Assembly (NCBI GenBank): GCA_964291415.2 | Contig: OZ219920.1 | Coordinates: 1,536,001-1,600,000, forward strand | DNA length: 64,000 bases | Direction: 5' to 3' | Source: Alphaproteobacteria bacterium | GTDB lineage: Bacteria; Pseudomonadota; Alphaproteobacteria; SP197 | Shown: piece by piece, positions 62,209 to 64,000 of the stretch | Layout of the letters: each line of letters starts with the position of its first letter | Position numbering within the stretch: position 1 is the first letter of the stretch | Translations under genes and position numbers: made by a program | The notes under the pieces: model-generated | Database searches by the model: none | The model's input: the letters and a program-made list of their open reading frames with translations, nothing else | Told to the model about the DNA's origin: nothing

Positions 62209-63401
62209 GCCACGTGGTGAACTTCGGCTGCCGGCTCAACGCCCGGGAGGCGGGCGTCATGTCCCGTCACCTGGAATCGGGCGGCGTGGAGAACACGATT
62301 GTCGTCAACACCTGCGCCGTGACCTCCGAAGCCGAGCGTCAGGCTCGCCAGATGGTGCGCCGGCTGCGCCGTGAGCATCCATCGGCCACCATCGTCGCCA
62401 CCGGCTGCGCCAGCGAAATCGACCGCCAGGCGTGGGCCGCCATGCCGGAGATCGATCGTATCGTGGCCAATGCTCTCAAGACCCGCCGCGAGACGTGGAC
62501 CACGGCCCCGGCCGCTCCGCAGCCCGTCTCTCCTGCAACGAAGGCCCGGACCCCTGTCGAGATACAGAACGGCTGTGATCATCACTGCACCTTCTGCATC
62601 ATCCCCCGCGGTCGCGGCCCCTCGAGAAGCCGTCCGGCCGAGGATGTCGTCAACGATGTTCGCGAGATCGTCTCATCCGGGTGCAACGAGGTGGTGCTGA
62701 CCGGAGTCGACATCACGGCATGGGGCCAGGATTTCCCGGACCGGCCCCGCCTCGGCAACCTTGTCCGCGCCATCCTCGCCGGCGTTCCTGAACTGCCGCG
62801 GCTGAGACTGACCAGCCTCGACGTCGCGGAGGTCGATGAGGCGCTCCTCGATGCGATCGCCTGCGAGGAGCGCCTCATGCCCCACCTCCACCTGTCGCTT
62901 CAGGCGGGTGATCCGATGATTCTCAAGCGCATGAGACGCCGTCACACGCCGCAGGACGCAGTCGGCTTCTGCCGGAAGGTGCGCCGGTTGCGTCCCGAGA
63001 TCGTGTTCGGCGCCGATCTGATTGCCGGATTTCCCACCGAGTCCGAAGACATGTTCGCCAACACCCTGGCCCACGTGGACGACTGTGGCCTGACATGGCT
63101 CCATGTCTTTCCCTATTCCGAGCGGCCCGGCACACCTGCAGCGAGAATGCCGTCTCTTCCTCGCCAGGTGAGAAAGGAGCGCGCGGCAAGGCTGCGCGAG
63201 GCCGGTGCGGCTGCCGCTGTCGACTTTCTCGACTCTCTCGTTGGCACCAGATCGTCCGTCCTCGTCGAATCCCCGGGAAGAGGCCGCACAGAACACTACG
63301 CCCCGGTGGCGACGCGAGCGGATCTTGCGGCGGGCAGCATCCATTCATTCGTCCTCGCCGGACGCGACGGTGACCGGCTCCTCACGGAACCCTGCTCGTG
63401 A
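62205..63401 (+). CDS. mtaB: tRNA ms2t6A methylthiotransferase
   Basis: FGCRLN, NTCAVT, GCDHHCTFC radical SAM motif, HVFPYS.RPGT. Confidence 0.92.
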   Translation: MSHVVNFGCRLNAREAGVMSRHLESGGVENTIVVNTCAVTSEAERQARQMVRRLRREHPSATIVATGCASEIDRQAWAAMPEIDRIVANALKTRRETWTTAPAAPQPVSPATKARTPVEIQNGCDHHCTFCIIPRGRGPSRSRPAEDVVNDVREIVSSGCNEVVLTGVDITAWGQDFPDRPRLGNLVRAILAGVPELPRLRLTSLDVAEVDEALLDAIACEERLMPHLHLSLQAGDPMILKRMRRRHTPQDAVGFCRKVRRLRPEIVFGADLIAGFPTESEDMFANTLAHVDDCGLTWLHVFPYSERPGTPAARMPSLPRQVRKERAARLREAGAAAAVDFLDSLVGTRSSVLVESPGRGRTEHYAPVATRADLAAGSIHSFVLAGRDGDRLLTEPCS

Positions 63402-64000
63402 GCCGGGACGGCTGGCTCGCCCGGCTGCGGGCCGGGCTCACGCGCTCCTCGGACAGGTTGAGGGATTCGATCGGTGCGATCGTCAACGCCAGGAAGCTCG
63501 ACAGTGCCGCCCTCGAAGACCTTGAGGACGCGCTGATCGAGGGCGACATCGGCGTCGCCACGGCGGCCACCCTGGTGGCGGAATTGTCGCGCCGGCGGTT
63601 CAACCGCCAGGTGACGGACGAGGAGGTGCGCGGTGACCTGGCCGAACACATCGCCCGCATTCTCGAGCCGCTTGCCGTACCCTTGTGTCCCGATCCCGCC
63701 AATCGTCCCCATGTCGTTCTCGTGATGGGGGTCAACGGGACAGGAAAGACCACGACGATCGGCAAGCTCGCGCAGCACCACCGGGAGAAGGGTCTCGCCG
63801 TGGTGCTGGCCGCCGGCGACACGTTTCGGGCGGCAGCCATCGAGCAGCTCGGGATCTGGGGCCAGAGAACCGGCGCCATCGTGGTGAGCGGCAAGGAGGG
63901 CGGCGATCCCGCGGCCCTCGCCTACACCGCCTACGAGACGGCGCAATCGCGCGATGCGGACCTCCTTGTCGTCGACACGGCCGGCCGCCTCCACAACAAG
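63398..64000 (+). CDS. ftsY: SRP receptor FtsY (runs off the window)
   Basis: GTG start overlapping the mtaB stop; GVNGTGKTTTIGKLA, AGDTFRAAA, DTAGRLHNK. Confidence 0.93.
   Translation, partial: MSRDGWLARLRAGLTRSSDRLRDSIGAIVNARKLDSAALEDLEDALIEGDIGVATAATLVAELSRRRFNRQVTDEEVRGDLAEHIARILEPLAVPLCPDPANRPHVVLVMGVNGTGKTTTIGKLAQHHREKGLAVVLAAGDTFRAAAIEQLGIWGQRTGAIVVSGKEGGDPAALAYTAYETAQSRDADLLVVDTAGRLHNK

Noticed and set aside
1-64000. CRISPR arrays, tRNA/rRNA genes, IS elements, prophage genes
   Set aside because: No regularly spaced repeats, cloverleaf or rRNA signatures, or transposase/integrase ORFs were seen

Overview
GC-rich alphaproteobacterial chromosome segment, anchored by murJ and ffh<-/->dapF-mtaB-ftsY. 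Most of it encodes uptake and catabolism of amines, quaternary amines and organosulfur osmolytes: a DMSP-lyase-like cupin, two choline-sulfatase-like genes, a TMA/histamine-dehydrogenase-like flavoprotein, agmatinase, a PotABCD-like ABC transporter, a betaine-type Rieske oxygenase and orphan substrate-binding proteins. The centre (about 30.9-45.5 kb) holds a complete sup-type (sponge-symbiont ubiquitous) PKS cluster: free ACP, PPTase, permease, a KS-AT-DH-MT-ER-KR-ACP-KS-AT PKS split by one frameshift, and a hydrolase. This suggests a marine sponge symbiont (inference). Best leads: (1) a secreted redoxin/heme-c/copper-monooxygenase fusion under a divergent TetR; (2) an exact 17-bp BetI-like operator shared by two loci 9 kb apart, defining a probable amine-catabolic regulon; (3) non-canonical features of the sup cluster (KR Tyr->His, inactive terminal AT, permease with a degenerate RsbW-like domain, GVSS-type ACP). 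Also present: a decaying and an intact type II TA module and a collapsed polyol operon. No tRNA, rRNA, CRISPR array or transposase was recognised. All calls are by eye from motifs, without database searches.
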